Origin: a virus
Virus record (IMG/VR): IMGVR_UViG_3300037419_000842
Direction: 5' to 3' (one strand)
DNA: 64,000 bases
This document shows positions 39,054 through 48,704 of this stretch, piece by piece. The notes under the pieces are model-generated. The model did not search any database, was not told the origin of the DNA, and worked only from the letters and a program-made list of their open reading frames with translations. The translations under genes and the position numbers were made by a program. How positions within the stretch are numbered: position 1 is the first letter of the stretch; each line of letters opens with the position of its first letter.

Positions 39054-40313
39054 TTATAGTAGTTCAGCCAAAGAAGCTGTTTCACTGCGCTCTGTCTTGT
39101 CAAGAATTACTTGACCATATAATGGATTGCCCTTAAGTTTAGTAAGCGTCAAGATGCCACTGTTATGTCTGAATACATCTTTATCAGTCTGTTTTAAGTC
39201 TCCATTGAACCAAATTTGAGAGCCTTCACCTACACGACTAATAAGAAGTTTTACATGTTCTGAAGTATTGTTTTGAACTTCTGTAACGTAGATGATCGAA
39301 TTTTTAATATCTCGTCCACGAATACGTGTCAGGTCTTGAAGTTCAACAACTCCAGAATCAACCATAAGTCTAAGCTGATCAACGCCACCAACAGCGTCTG
39401 CTAGAGGCATAGCAAACTCAATCATTTTATCAAAATTATCACCTTTACGGAATCCAGACTCTGGAGCATCCTTTAATGGTACTTGATTTCGTACAAAGAC
39501 AATCTTATCAATTACTCTACTTTCAAGCATTGCAATAGCATGTGAAATCATACAGAAATCTTTTCCTGATCCAAAAACTCCGAAACAAGCTTTGACAGTT
39601 ATACTCCTGTCTTGCAACATATTAAATAGAAGTTGTTGTTTTAAATTTCTAGGCTTTGTTTTCCCCATGTGTCTACTTGAGACTTCCTTGAATTTTACAG
39701 GGACATACATTTCACCATTCCACTTATACTTTGCCTTATCAATATATTCTCCACCTGTATTCTTAAACATGATATATTCATTTTCATATAGTTCATACAT
39801 ATTTTCATTGAGATTAGAATAGAAATCATTAAGCTCTTCTTCGTCTGCTTCGATTTCCATAACACCTGAATACATTGTTTCATAAGTTTCTTTGCCATCA
39901 TCACTAAGACCAAATGTAATGTATGGAATGTTATATCCTTTACATTTCTCAATTACGAGTTGATCATTGCTAATGACTCCATAATCATTCTCTACTGCGG
40001 CTTGAATGATAAGATTATCAACATAACTTCCATCTTGAGTAGCATTAAGTGTCCATTTGTAATCCTTGAGATCACGTGTAATCTTTGCCTCATTTTCTGG
40101 ATCAGCTAGATATCTTACTGCTTCACGTGCCTGATATGCCAATGTATTAATTTCAGACTCATTAGAAACTCTACTTTTCTTAGACTTAAATACATCCAAT
40201 TCTCTATAGACATGGGAAAGTGCTACAATATCATAATCTTTAATTTCTTCTAAGTTATTTAGAAATACATTTGTATCCACAATATACTTAATGGTTTTTA
40301 CTTCCTCTTCCAT
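39054..40313 (-). CDS. phoH: PIN-PhoH protein
   Basis: N-terminal PIN VDTNVF...DNLI...SND; Walker A GVFGSGK; RGRDI, EVQN and GDLKQTD. Confidence 0.9.
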   Translation of the reverse strand: MEEEVKTIKYIVDTNVFLNNLEEIKDYDIVALSHVYRELDVFKSKKSRVSNESEINTLAYQAREAVRYLADPENEAKITRDLKDYKWTLNATQDGSYVDNLIIQAAVENDYGVISNDQLVIEKCKGYNIPYITFGLSDDGKETYETMYSGVMEIEADEEELNDFYSNLNENMYELYENEYIMFKNTGGEYIDKAKYKWNGEMYVPVKFKEVSSRHMGKTKPRNLKQQLLFNMLQDRSITVKACFGVFGSGKDFCMISHAIAMLESRVIDKIVFVRNQVPLKDAPESGFRKGDNFDKMIEFAMPLADAVGGVDQLRLMVDSGVVELQDLTRIRGRDIKNSIIYVTEVQNNTSEHVKLLISRVGEGSQIWFNGDLKQTDKDVFRHNSGILTLTKLKGNPLYGQVILDKTERSETASLAELL

Positions 40314-40414
40314 AAATCCACCTACCCATAATTAATGACTATATAAAAAATGGAGCGGCAATCTCTCACCGCTCCGATAACTACCATGTTTATCTCTATA
40401 TTATATTTTAAAAA

Positions 40415-40699
40415 TTAGCCATTAACGAGTTCTTTGATTTTAGGCGATACACTGGAAACAACGGTTTTCTTTGCAGGAACATCAATTGCTTCACCAGTTT
40501 GTGGATTGCGGCCTACGTAAGCTTCGCGTTCGCGAACTTCCCATGCTCCGAAACCAGATACAGATACGTCATCACCATTTTGAAGTGCTGTTGCAATTGC
40601 TTCAAATACTGCGTCATAGGATGCTTCTGCGTCTTTCTTAGTTCCACCTTTAATTTCTGCGATCATTGCTACCAATTCTTTTTTGTTCAATTTTGCCAT
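40415..40699 (-). CDS. hbs: HU histone-like DNA-binding protein (YonN-like)
   Basis: LNKKELVAMIA...GFGAWEVRER..GRNPQTGE.I.VPA. Confidence 0.9.
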   Translation of the reverse strand: MAKLNKKELVAMIAEIKGGTKKDAEASYDAVFEAIATALQNGDDVSVSGFGAWEVREREAYVGRNPQTGEAIDVPAKKTVVSSVSPKIKELVNG

Positions 40700-40781
40700 T
40701 GTAATCTTCTCCTTTTGTCCCTTTGGGATATAATATAATTTTTATATTTGAACACCAGTTACTTTATCTTTCACTTGTGTT

Positions 40782-41135
40782 TCAATTAATGAAATCTACC
40801 TTTGAACCATCAATCTCTTCAAAACTTTCATCAAAAAACCTAAACTCATCTCCACTATCAACAACCAATATGTTTGACATCTGTGCATCATTTGACCAAT
40901 TGTTAATAACACCTTTATCACTTTTCTTGGGCTTATTTAAGACAATATACTGGCTTACTGATTCATCAATCTTCATCTTATTGCTTTGATAAGAGAAGAA
41001 ATTATTGGTATCAACTATACACCATTCAGAACCAACTGATTTCTCAATAACCTGTTCAAGCTTGTCAAACTTACTTACTTTTTTCTTTGCCATTCGTTTC
41101 ACCACGCATTTCATCCTGCTCGGAAACGTTTTCAT
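40782..41135 (-). CDS. Hypothetical protein
   Basis: ORF in operon; start uncertain. Confidence 0.5.
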   Translation of the reverse strand: MKTFPSRMKCVVKRMAKKKVSKFDKLEQVIEKSVGSEWCIVDTNNFFSYQSNKMKIDESVSQYIVLNKPKKSDKGVINNWSNDAQMSNILVVDSGDEFRFFDESFEEIDGSKVDFIN

Positions 41136-41319
41136 CTTTATGATTACAAAGATAGTTAGAAATAATCTCCAAGCAAACTTGTGTCTTTTTCAGTTTCCAA
41201 GTCTTCTGAAAGTATGGATTCCATTCTTCTAGAATCTTGTCAACAACAACCCTTTTTTCTTCAAGTGAAATCTTATTATCTAATTCAATTTTGCTACCAT
41301 CTGGAAGTATAAGTTTCAT
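41071..41319 (-). CDS. Hypothetical protein (start re-called)
   Basis: RBS GAAAGG before MKLILPDGS. Confidence 0.5.
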   Translation of the reverse strand: MKLILPDGSKIELDNKISLEEKRVVVDKILEEWNPYFQKTWKLKKTQVCLEIISNYLCNHKDENVSEQDEMRGETNGKEKSK

Positions 41320-41368
41320 ATGAATTTTCCTTTCACTTGCTATATTCATTTGTTAATGAAAGCGCTTT

Positions 41369-41526
41369 CTCAACCTTATGAATATATTATACCATTTATT
41401 CTTGCACTTGTCAAGCTTTTATTTTATCGGTTGAGAGATCATCCTATCTCATTCATTTTACTGAATGGTTTCTTGTATCCCTCAACCTTATGAATATATT
41501 ATACCATTTATTCTTGCACTTGTCAA
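41369..41526 (-). repeat. Two exact 46-bp direct repeats, each a sigmaA promoter
   Basis: 41369-41414 and 41481-41526, both containing TTGACA-17-TATAAT. Confidence 0.85.
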
Positions 41527-41543
41527 CAACTATTTTCAAAGTG

Positions 41544-41771
41544 TTAAAAATGCTTCCATAAAATGAGGAATGCGAACAACATCCAGCCTACAATAATTAA
41601 TATCGCTCCTCCGAAAAACCCGATTGCAATTCCTAACACAATTCCCTTTAATGTCAAAAGTGATATGATTAACAATAAAATTAATATAAATATTAATGCA
41701 TACATTTTATTTACCCCCAGATTCGCATTGACCAATTGGAGAAATAGCGATATTGTCATTAGAAAAGTCAT
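41544..41771 (-). CDS. Small membrane protein
   Basis: Two hydrophobic segments; the true start is probably near 41702. Confidence 0.5.
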   Translation of the reverse strand: MTFLMTISLFLQLVNANLGVNKMYALIFILILLLIISLLTLKGIVLGIAIGFFGGAILIIVGWMLFAFLILWKHF

Positions 41772-41979
41772 CTTGAACTATAATAAATTTGCACCCTTCG
41801 GATTCAATCGTCCAAGTTTCAAAATCTCCACGATAAATAGAGTGTCCTAAAATTTCTGACGATTCAGGAAGTTTATTGTTGATATTATCAACTTGAACTG
41901 GACCTGTATCTTCTGCAATTCCACAGCCAGAAGCAATTATAGTAAAACCCAATGTCACTACAGCAAACATCTTTTTCAT
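41707..41979 (-). CDS. Putative lipoprotein
   Basis: Signal peptide with lipobox IASGC. Confidence 0.65.
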   Translation of the reverse strand: MKKMFAVVTLGFTIIASGCGIAEDTGPVQVDNINNKLPESSEILGHSIYRGDFETWTIESEGCKFIIVQDDFSNDNIAISPIGQCESGGK

Positions 41980-44189
41980 TACGCAATATCTCCTTTTAAC
42001 AATTCTCCTAAGAATGTGTTACGTCTCAAGTTCTCAACTTTTTTCATTGCTTCGTTAATTACTTTTGGCTGACACAATGTAACCAAATCTTCTTTTGCTC
42101 TCGTAAGAGCAGTGTAAAGAAGATTTGCATTTAATTGATAAGTGTGAGATTTATCAGCTATAGCTACAACTGCCTCTGCCGCACTTCCTTGAGATTTGTG
42201 CATTGTCAAACATCCAGAATGCAATAACTTTTCAAAATCAGAAGAAGAATATTCTACAATAAAGTCATCAAAATCAATTGTGATTTTTTTATTTTCTTCA
42301 TCAACATTTGTAATAACTCCTGTGTCACCATTCATAATGTCTACTGAAGCACCACAAACATCTTTGACTCTGTAAGAGTTTTTAACATTTATTACGAAAT
42401 CACCTTTTCTGAATGCCATCTCTTCACCATATTCATTTCTTGTAATCTCAGGCTCGTCACCCATTCTTGGATTAACAATCTCTTGAAGATTTCTGTTGAT
42501 TGCATGTGTCCCCAAGTCTCTCTTTTTAGTTGGAGACAAAACCATGATGTCTTCTGGAGAATATTTTCCTAGAAGTTCATTATAGTAGTGCTTGTAACCC
42601 TTCTCCATTTTTTCTTGTGGACAACATACGAATATGCAATTGTCTCCAAATTTTTTTACACCTGTGTCATTGTTCTTGAGGAATTTTTCACCCTTACGAA
42701 TCTTTGTAACAACATCAAGAATTCCACCTTCAGATTGACGGAAAACAATGTCAAGCTTCGTAACGGGAAATGATCCGCTATTAATACAATCATACAAGAA
42801 ATTCCCGCGATCTACTGAAGGAATTTGAAAATCATCCCCGATGAACAAAATTCGAACATTTGGATTAACAAGCTTCTCTAGTAGAATTTTAATAATTTCA
42901 ACTCCACCCATTGAGGTTTCGTCAACAATAATTACACTTTGAGGAATGACTACTTCACCAAATTCTTCTCTGTTCAAGCCAATTCCAGCCGCTTTATGAA
43001 TTGTTGAAGCTCTACGTTTTGTATATTTAGACAATACTTTTGAAGCTTTGCCCGTCGGAGCTAAAAGTAAGTAATCAAGATGTAATTCTTGTTCAAGAAG
43101 ATTAATCAATAACTTCTGCAACATTGACTTGCCACAACCAGCATAACCAACAAGGAATGTTACTCTACTTTTCTTGAAGTTATAGAAGAATGATTTTTGT
43201 TGATCAGTTAATTTTATCTTATATTGATCTTCTTGTTTGGCAATAAACTCTTCAACATTAAAGTCATAAAGTTCACTATTATTGTTATGCATACTTAGAA
43301 GTGTTTCTGCAACATTCTTCTCTATTTCATAAGTTTTCTTCAATGCAAACTTTCCATCAATGTTTACAATATCTTCTGAATTCAATAGCTCATCTCTGAT
43401 CAAAGTCTTTTTAACTTTCAACAATGTATAAGATTCTCGCAATAACTCTTCAGCAGTTACATAAGTATCTCCATTATTTTCACATTGTTCAATAGCATAT
43501 GCAATTCCTGCATGAATCCTGAACGGACTATTCATATCAAACCCAATTCCTTCAGCAATCTTATCTGCTGTCGTAAATCCAATTCCAGAAATCTTAGTGA
43601 GTTTATATGGATTTGTTTTAATATCCTGAATCAAAATCTCTGTCGAAGTATAATGTCTCATAAGTTTACTGATCATATTAAAATTCAAATCAGGAAATTC
43701 TTCCACAACAGTTTGCCATTCAAGATTTTGAATGACACGTTCTCTAATTCTATTGTAAGTAAACTCTCCAAATCCATACACTTTTGAATAGTCGAACGTA
43801 TTCTCTTGGAACATCTTGACTACATCTTGTCCTTCATAAACCTTATAAATAGCATCAACCTGTCCTTGCGTCATCAAGGATGAAAGAAAGCTCTTCTGTC
43901 CTTCAATGGAACTTACTGAATGACTATACTTCCTCTTAATCTGATACGAAGTTCCATATGCATCATTTACTTCAACAAGTTGAAATTTATAAGTTGCTCC
44001 AATATTAAGCCTTTCAACAACACCCTTGATGCCAACATTTGCATATGCGTTTAGTTTCACTAGTTGTTTATCTTCTTCGTTTTTTAGCAAACATCCGTAC
44101 ATCGCCCAATTGGATTCTTCTTTGTACGCGACTTCCCTGACAATAATAAGTTCAATATCAAATGGTTCACTCATTCTCTCACCGTCCAA
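41979..44189 (-). CDS. recD2: RecD2-like SF1B helicase
   Basis: GYAGCGKS, LAPTGKA, IVDETSM, GDDFQIPSV, FRQ, HKSQG and LYTALTRA. Confidence 0.9.
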   Translation of the reverse strand: MDGERMSEPFDIELIIVREVAYKEESNWAMYGCLLKNEEDKQLVKLNAYANVGIKGVVERLNIGATYKFQLVEVNDAYGTSYQIKRKYSHSVSSIEGQKSFLSSLMTQGQVDAIYKVYEGQDVVKMFQENTFDYSKVYGFGEFTYNRIRERVIQNLEWQTVVEEFPDLNFNMISKLMRHYTSTEILIQDIKTNPYKLTKISGIGFTTADKIAEGIGFDMNSPFRIHAGIAYAIEQCENNGDTYVTAEELLRESYTLLKVKKTLIRDELLNSEDIVNIDGKFALKKTYEIEKNVAETLLSMHNNNSELYDFNVEEFIAKQEDQYKIKLTDQQKSFFYNFKKSRVTFLVGYAGCGKSMLQKLLINLLEQELHLDYLLLAPTGKASKVLSKYTKRRASTIHKAAGIGLNREEFGEVVIPQSVIIVDETSMGGVEIIKILLEKLVNPNVRILFIGDDFQIPSVDRGNFLYDCINSGSFPVTKLDIVFRQSEGGILDVVTKIRKGEKFLKNNDTGVKKFGDNCIFVCCPQEKMEKGYKHYYNELLGKYSPEDIMVLSPTKKRDLGTHAINRNLQEIVNPRMGDEPEITRNEYGEEMAFRKGDFVINVKNSYRVKDVCGASVDIMNGDTGVITNVDEENKKITIDFDDFIVEYSSSDFEKLLHSGCLTMHKSQGSAAEAVVAIADKSHTYQLNANLLYTALTRAKEDLVTLCQPKVINEAMKKVENLRRNTFLGELLKGDIA

Positions 44190-44265
44190 TTTAAATTATC
44201 TACGAATAGTATACCATTTATTCTTCCACTTGTCAATAGCTTTGACCGATTTCTCAACAAAAATA

Positions 44266-44434
44266 AACTCGAAATCCAATAGGTTACAAAAATGGACCAA
44301 CTATAATAGATAACTTAATTATTTATTTTACTTTATTATATATAATATCAAATAATATAGTATAAGTATATATATAATAATAATTAATATATATTATATT
44401 TAGTCCATTTTTGTAACCTATTGGTTTTCGAGTT
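44266..44434. repeat. 35-bp inverted repeat flanking a ~100-bp almost pure A/T spacer (origin candidate)
   Basis: Arms 44266-44300 and 44400-44434 with 2 mismatches. Confidence 0.8.
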
Positions 44435-44761
44435 GGAATTAATTCAGAAAAAACCCCATTTGACAGACCGAGGCTACCACGCCCCGGCACTATCAAACGT
44501 GTCGAGTTGCTTTTTGTCCACTTTAGGAGAGGACTTTTTGATCTTACCATATATGATTGTCCAAGTAAAGATTGAATTTTCCCTTCTATTATATAAGGAA
44601 AATCCAATTCATGTCCGACAAAAAGTACACGCTTGATTTAAATTATTTGTCATAAGTTGTTGTGTCCATCTATATGATTGGAGTATAAGCCGATCAACAA
44701 GAACCACCAAACATCATTGTAGATAATTGTCGATCATCAACAATCGGGAAGGAGGTTCGAA

Positions 44762-44884
44762 ATGGCTGGAATTTCTTTAGCTTCTATAATAATAAATCTT
44801 GCTGGATGCGCTGTTGTCTCCGTTATGGCGAAACATAAAGCAGAAAAGGTTGTACTCATCAAGAGAGGCAGGGAGGTAAGGTAA
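44762..44884 (+). CDS. 40-aa membrane-anchored peptide MAGISLASIIINLAGCAVVSVMAKHKAEKVVLIKRGREVR
   Basis: RBS GGAGG; first ORF of the tubRZ operon; not in the ORF track. Confidence 0.55.
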   Translation: MAGISLASIIINLAGCAVVSVMAKHKAEKVVLIKRGREVR

Positions 44885-44899
44885 GTGGAAGGTGCCGCT

Positions 44900-45187
44900 A
44901 TGTATGAAAAATATTTTCAGCAAATAACAAACAACCTTGACGTTGATGATCTAATGATTCTTGACTCGTTAAAGGAAGATGACGCAAATGTCAAATTTAA
45001 AGCCATGAAGAACACTGTTTTATTTGAAAGGAGTGGTATGTCAGAGGCCAAATATAGAAAGACAATTGCTCGCTTATCTTCAATAAGTTTTATTGAAGCA
45101 AATACAACCAATAAAGAACATGCTCTATTCATAACAGAATACGGAATGATTGCACTTCAAATCATGATCAAGAAAGCTGAAGGGTAG
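44900..45187 (+). CDS. Winged-helix protein, TubR-like adaptor candidate
   Basis: 95 aa from the ATG at 44900; HTH-wing pattern (MSEAKYRKTIARL...FIE); directly upstream of tubZ. Confidence 0.5.
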   Translation: MYEKYFQQITNNLDVDDLMILDSLKEDDANVKFKAMKNTVLFERSGMSEAKYRKTIARLSSISFIEANTTNKEHALFITEYGMIALQIMIKKAEG

Positions 45188-45196
45188 GTTTACAAC

Positions 45197-46327
45197 ATGA
45201 ACATTGCCGTTATTGGATTAGGTGGCGCTGGAGGAAATATTGCAGATGAAGCGGCAAAACTTGGATTCACAACTGGAGCAATTAACTTTTCTCAAAAGGA
45301 TTTAGACGCACTTGACAATGTAGAATATAAACTGAAAATCATGGGTTCTGAAGGCGTTGGTCATAATAGAGAGGTTGCATTGTCTCTTATGCAAAAACAC
45401 TTTGACTCAATACACGAATTCCTTAATGTTAATTTTTCTACACCATCAATTGAATGCATCGTTTTCGCGGCTTCGACTAGTGGAGGTTCAGGCGCTGGAA
45501 TAATTTCAGTAGTAATAGATGTTGCAACTGAAATGTTCCCTGACAAAGTTGTCTGTGCGGCAGTAGTAATTCCTGATGAATTCGAAGCAACAAAATCTCA
45601 AATCAACTGTTCAGAAACCTTTGAAGACTTGTCCAAACTTGAGGTAGCAGTATTTCCAATTGATAATAACAAAGTAAGAAATTCTGGTGTTGGTAAAAAT
45701 AAAGTCTTCGAAATAACAAATAAGACGTTCGTTGAACTTCTTTCCAAAATTGTTTCTTATACTGATAAGCACTCCAAAAATGGTAACTTTGACAAACGAG
45801 ATTTGCTAACAATTCTAAAAACAAGGGGAGTAGCGATTATGGCAGAATCTGATATTGCTTCAATCAATAGCAAAATTTCATCGCAAGGAATTGCAGACTC
45901 CATTCATCAATCTTGGGATAAATCAATATTTGCTCCAGTAGAGTTTATTCAGGTGGTCAGAGCAGGAGTTATTTTCGATGCTCAAGAATATCTGATGGAA
46001 CATTTAAACCATGAAACTATATTTAAAAAATTCAAGGAAGGAATGCCCATTGATCTATTCGAAGGCAACTATCATGAAAGCAACGGTAAAGTTCTTACTA
46101 TTATATCTGGTCTTCCTTGGTGTAAGTCAAGACTTGCACAAGTCGATGAGCTTATTGAAAAAAGTAAGTCTAAAGTTGAGAGCGCACTTTCTGCTGAACA
46201 AGATACGTATCAATCCAAAGCGAAAGCAGGAGAGGTATCAGCGCTATTAAAAACTAGTTCCTCTGTTTCTCCACAAGAAAAACCAAAGCGTTCTGCAAGT
46301 GATATCTTTAGCAAATGGAAAAGGTAG
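45197..46327 (+). CDS. tubZ: Tubulin/FtsZ-family GTPase (TubZ-like)
   Basis: GLGGAGG, ASTSGGSGAG signature, PIDNN, T7 loop NFDKRD, basic C-terminal tail. Confidence 0.85.
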   Translation: MNIAVIGLGGAGGNIADEAAKLGFTTGAINFSQKDLDALDNVEYKLKIMGSEGVGHNREVALSLMQKHFDSIHEFLNVNFSTPSIECIVFAASTSGGSGAGIISVVIDVATEMFPDKVVCAAVVIPDEFEATKSQINCSETFEDLSKLEVAVFPIDNNKVRNSGVGKNKVFEITNKTFVELLSKIVSYTDKHSKNGNFDKRDLLTILKTRGVAIMAESDIASINSKISSQGIADSIHQSWDKSIFAPVEFIQVVRAGVIFDAQEYLMEHLNHETIFKKFKEGMPIDLFEGNYHESNGKVLTIISGLPWCKSRLAQVDELIEKSKSKVESALSAEQDTYQSKAKAGEVSALLKTSSSVSPQEKPKRSASDIFSKWKR

Positions 46328-46386
46328 TTAGAGATGAAGATTATTTTTGCTACAAGACAAATACTTGGAAAGTAGGAGGACAAAAA

Positions 46387-46608
46387 ATGCGTGTTCTTAT
46401 TAATGGAAAAGATTTGACAGAGAGGGTTGAAGAGCTTGAACAACGTGAACAACACTACTTTGAAATTATCGACCTTGCCAAAAAAGCAATTATTATTATC
46501 ATTGGGGCTTTCATTATCTTGCATATCCCTGATTTACTTGACATCCCTACCTACGTTTTACATCATATTAGGCCGAATGTCGTTGACGGCTTTGCTCAGA
46601 TTCGCTAA
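46387..46608 (+). CDS. Small membrane protein
   Basis: RBS GGAGG before MRVLING; one TM segment. Confidence 0.55.
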   Translation: MRVLINGKDLTERVEELEQREQHYFEIIDLAKKAIIIIIGAFIILHIPDLLDIPTYVLHHIRPNVVDGFAQIR

Positions 46609-46669
46609 TCGCAAGACAAATCAAAAGACTGTTGTTCAATAAAATAAAATTAAAATTGGAGGAATCAAA

Positions 46670-46849
46670 ATGAGCAAACAAGAACAATTGGAAGCTCTGG
46701 TAAATGCTGTAATGGAAGGAGTAAAAAATGGGAAAATGCCATTGCTTACAGAAGAAGGTTTCACAAAGCTTGGAGAACTAATGAAGGAGAGCGGACGAGG
46801 ATTTTTGGTCGATTTCAGATCATTGAAGTCCGATGAAAATGTTGGATAA
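46670..46849 (+). CDS. 59-aa hypothetical protein
   Basis: RBS GGAGG; MSKQEQLEALVNAVMEG...; below the track cutoff. Confidence 0.55.
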   Translation: MSKQEQLEALVNAVMEGVKNGKMPLLTEEGFTKLGELMKESGRGFLVDFRSLKSDENVG

Positions 46850-46997
46850 TCTATGATTATCTATATTGATAACTGTAGATATACAAAAATCAGGATAGGA
46901 AACGTTGGTCTCCTATCCTGACAAATTTAAAAGAATATATCTCCTGTTACACAATAGTCAATTACAGAAACAACTCCATAAGCAATTACCCACCATA

Positions 46998-47192
46998 TCA
47001 TATAATATTTTCACCCTCCTGTTCTTCATTTTCTTGTTCCCATGTATTGGCACTACGAAGTCTTTTATTGTGATTAATAATGTCACCTAAAAATATGTTA
47101 GATATTGCCATAATTGAGTATAGTATACCGAAAAATCCGCTAATCATTAAAACAGTAATCAATAACGCTATGACAACACCACTAATAGTCAA
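46998..47192 (-). CDS. Small membrane protein, antisense to the operon
   Basis: 64 aa hydrophobic; followed by a 24-aa hydrophobic ORF at 46927-47001. Confidence 0.5.
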   Translation of the reverse strand: MTISGVVIALLITVLMISGFFGILYSIMAISNIFLGDIINHNKRLRSANTWEQENEEQEGENII

Positions 47193-47352
47193 TTGTCACC
47201 CATCCTTATCGGAAAATGTTACACCTGTTTAAATACCCATGTAAATTAACTTATTTACACAACGTACTACAAGTACACCCCCATATTCTTCGCGGATTTG
47301 ACACGTCCGAAAAATCTGCGAACTTAATACTATTAAGCGGGAGGACACAAAC

Positions 47353-47859
47353 ATGAAGTTCAAGGTACATCAAAATGGTTTTTGCGAAGAAGTGACGGCT
47401 ATTGAATTGTCAGTAATCAAAGGAGAAGTTGTTTCGGCAAGGTTCAACAACTCAGGAGTTAGTATTCGCAAGGATGATTTAAAAAATACGTGGAAATATT
47501 TGAAGGAAGAATTTTTTGGAGGAAAAAAGGGGTCTATAGGAGTAGTATTAAAAAGTGGAGGGGTTTTTTGGCCTATCTTTGTGGATATGATTTTCCCATG
47601 GTTCCTTGATATTGCTAAGGTATGGTGTTGTATCAAAATTTGTCAGGCGTTTCTTCAAGAGCGCAATGGTTCCGCTGGGTCAGATGGAAGAACAGGACTT
47701 CAAGCTTTGGTACATTACGGGAAATGGTTTCTTATCTTCGAATGTATACCGTTTTTAGTTGAATTAATTGATCAAATCGGTCACAAAATGGTTGATCAAC
47801 TTTCGCATCAACAAATAACTATTCCGACCTCTGGAAATGGGCCAAGGATTTCGTATTAA
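47353..47859 (+). CDS. Membrane protein with a two-TM, pilin (VirB2/TrbC)-like C-terminal half
   Basis: RBS GGAGG; TM-loop-TM pattern FWPIFVDMIFPW...GLQALVHYGKWFLIF. Confidence 0.4.
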   Translation: MKFKVHQNGFCEEVTAIELSVIKGEVVSARFNNSGVSIRKDDLKNTWKYLKEEFFGGKKGSIGVVLKSGGVFWPIFVDMIFPWFLDIAKVWCCIKICQAFLQERNGSAGSDGRTGLQALVHYGKWFLIFECIPFLVELIDQIGHKMVDQLSHQQITIPTSGNGPRISY

Positions 47860-47865
47860 AAAATG

Positions 47866-47890
47866 AGCTACTTACCAAAAGTAAGTAGCT
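47866..47890. terminator. Bidirectional terminator
   Basis: AGCTACTTAC-CAAAA-GTAAGTAGCT between converging genes. Confidence 0.65.
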
Positions 47891-47896
47891 AAAAAA

Positions 47897-48619
47897 TTAA
47901 ATTTTCTTATATTCTTTAATTACTTTAGAAACAGAAGCTTCACTTATGCAAAGTTCTTTGGCAATATTTGTTTGTTTCCAATTTTCATTATAAAGTTCAA
48001 TAATTTTGTCCATAATTTCTTTTGTAATTTTCATTCCTCTATCGCGCTTCTTGTAAGAGCCTAAATTTAAATGCTTCCATGTTTTTCCGCTAATTATAAG
48101 TTGTATGGTTGAAATTGATACTCCATATTCTTCACTGATGTCATACAATTTATAATTTCCTGTGCTATATTTTTTAAAAATTTCTACAACAAGATCATCT
48201 GTTAAAACTGCATTGAAATGGTCACCTCCCTTCATGCTCGTTCGTAATCCAGTATCTAATGCATGTTGTTGCTGTTCTTTTTCTGTTGCCCATTCTAAAT
48301 TATTGACAAAATTATTCTCCTTTATCCCGTCTTTATGATTAACTTGCGGCTTATTTTCTGGATTCTCAATAAAAGTCAAGGCGATAAGTCGATGAACCTG
48401 ATAAAAAGTCTTCTTTTTATCTTGAGTCAATGTTATTCTGACATACCCATCTTTATCAAACATGGTTTTCATAATCTTACTTTTAATCGTTCTTCCGCCG
48501 CTTCTGCTGTTCACCCATCGATCCAAACTCCGTACCCTACCGAGATTACTCACTTCATAATAATCTCCATACTCAACAATTCCTTTTAATGGTTTCCAAA
48601 TTTCCTGCATATTATTCAC
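47897..48619 (-). CDS. NUMOD4-HNH homing endonuclease
   Basis: EIWKPLKG...YEVSNLGRVRS; VHRLIALTFIENPENKPQVNHKDGIKENN...NLEW. Confidence 0.9.
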   Translation of the reverse strand: MNNMQEIWKPLKGIVEYGDYYEVSNLGRVRSLDRWVNSRSGGRTIKSKIMKTMFDKDGYVRITLTQDKKKTFYQVHRLIALTFIENPENKPQVNHKDGIKENNFVNNLEWATEKEQQQHALDTGLRTSMKGGDHFNAVLTDDLVVEIFKKYSTGNYKLYDISEEYGVSISTIQLIISGKTWKHLNLGSYKKRDRGMKITKEIMDKIIELYNENWKQTNIAKELCISEASVSKVIKEYKKI

Positions 48620-48704
48620 TCCACTTTCATATAATATAATAATGAGGTAATTTTATCATTTTTTCTTACATTTGTCAATACTTGGACAAAGAAGGTGAGT
48701 TAAA

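Noticed and set aside
44323-44636. ORFs 44323-44607 (-) and 44421-44636 (+)
   Set aside because: They run through the inverted repeat and low-complexity A/T core and have no RBS.
45197-46327. Host cell-division ftsZ
   Set aside because: No dcw cluster, divergent motifs, and a phage context with an upstream wHTH gene; better explained as TubZ-like.
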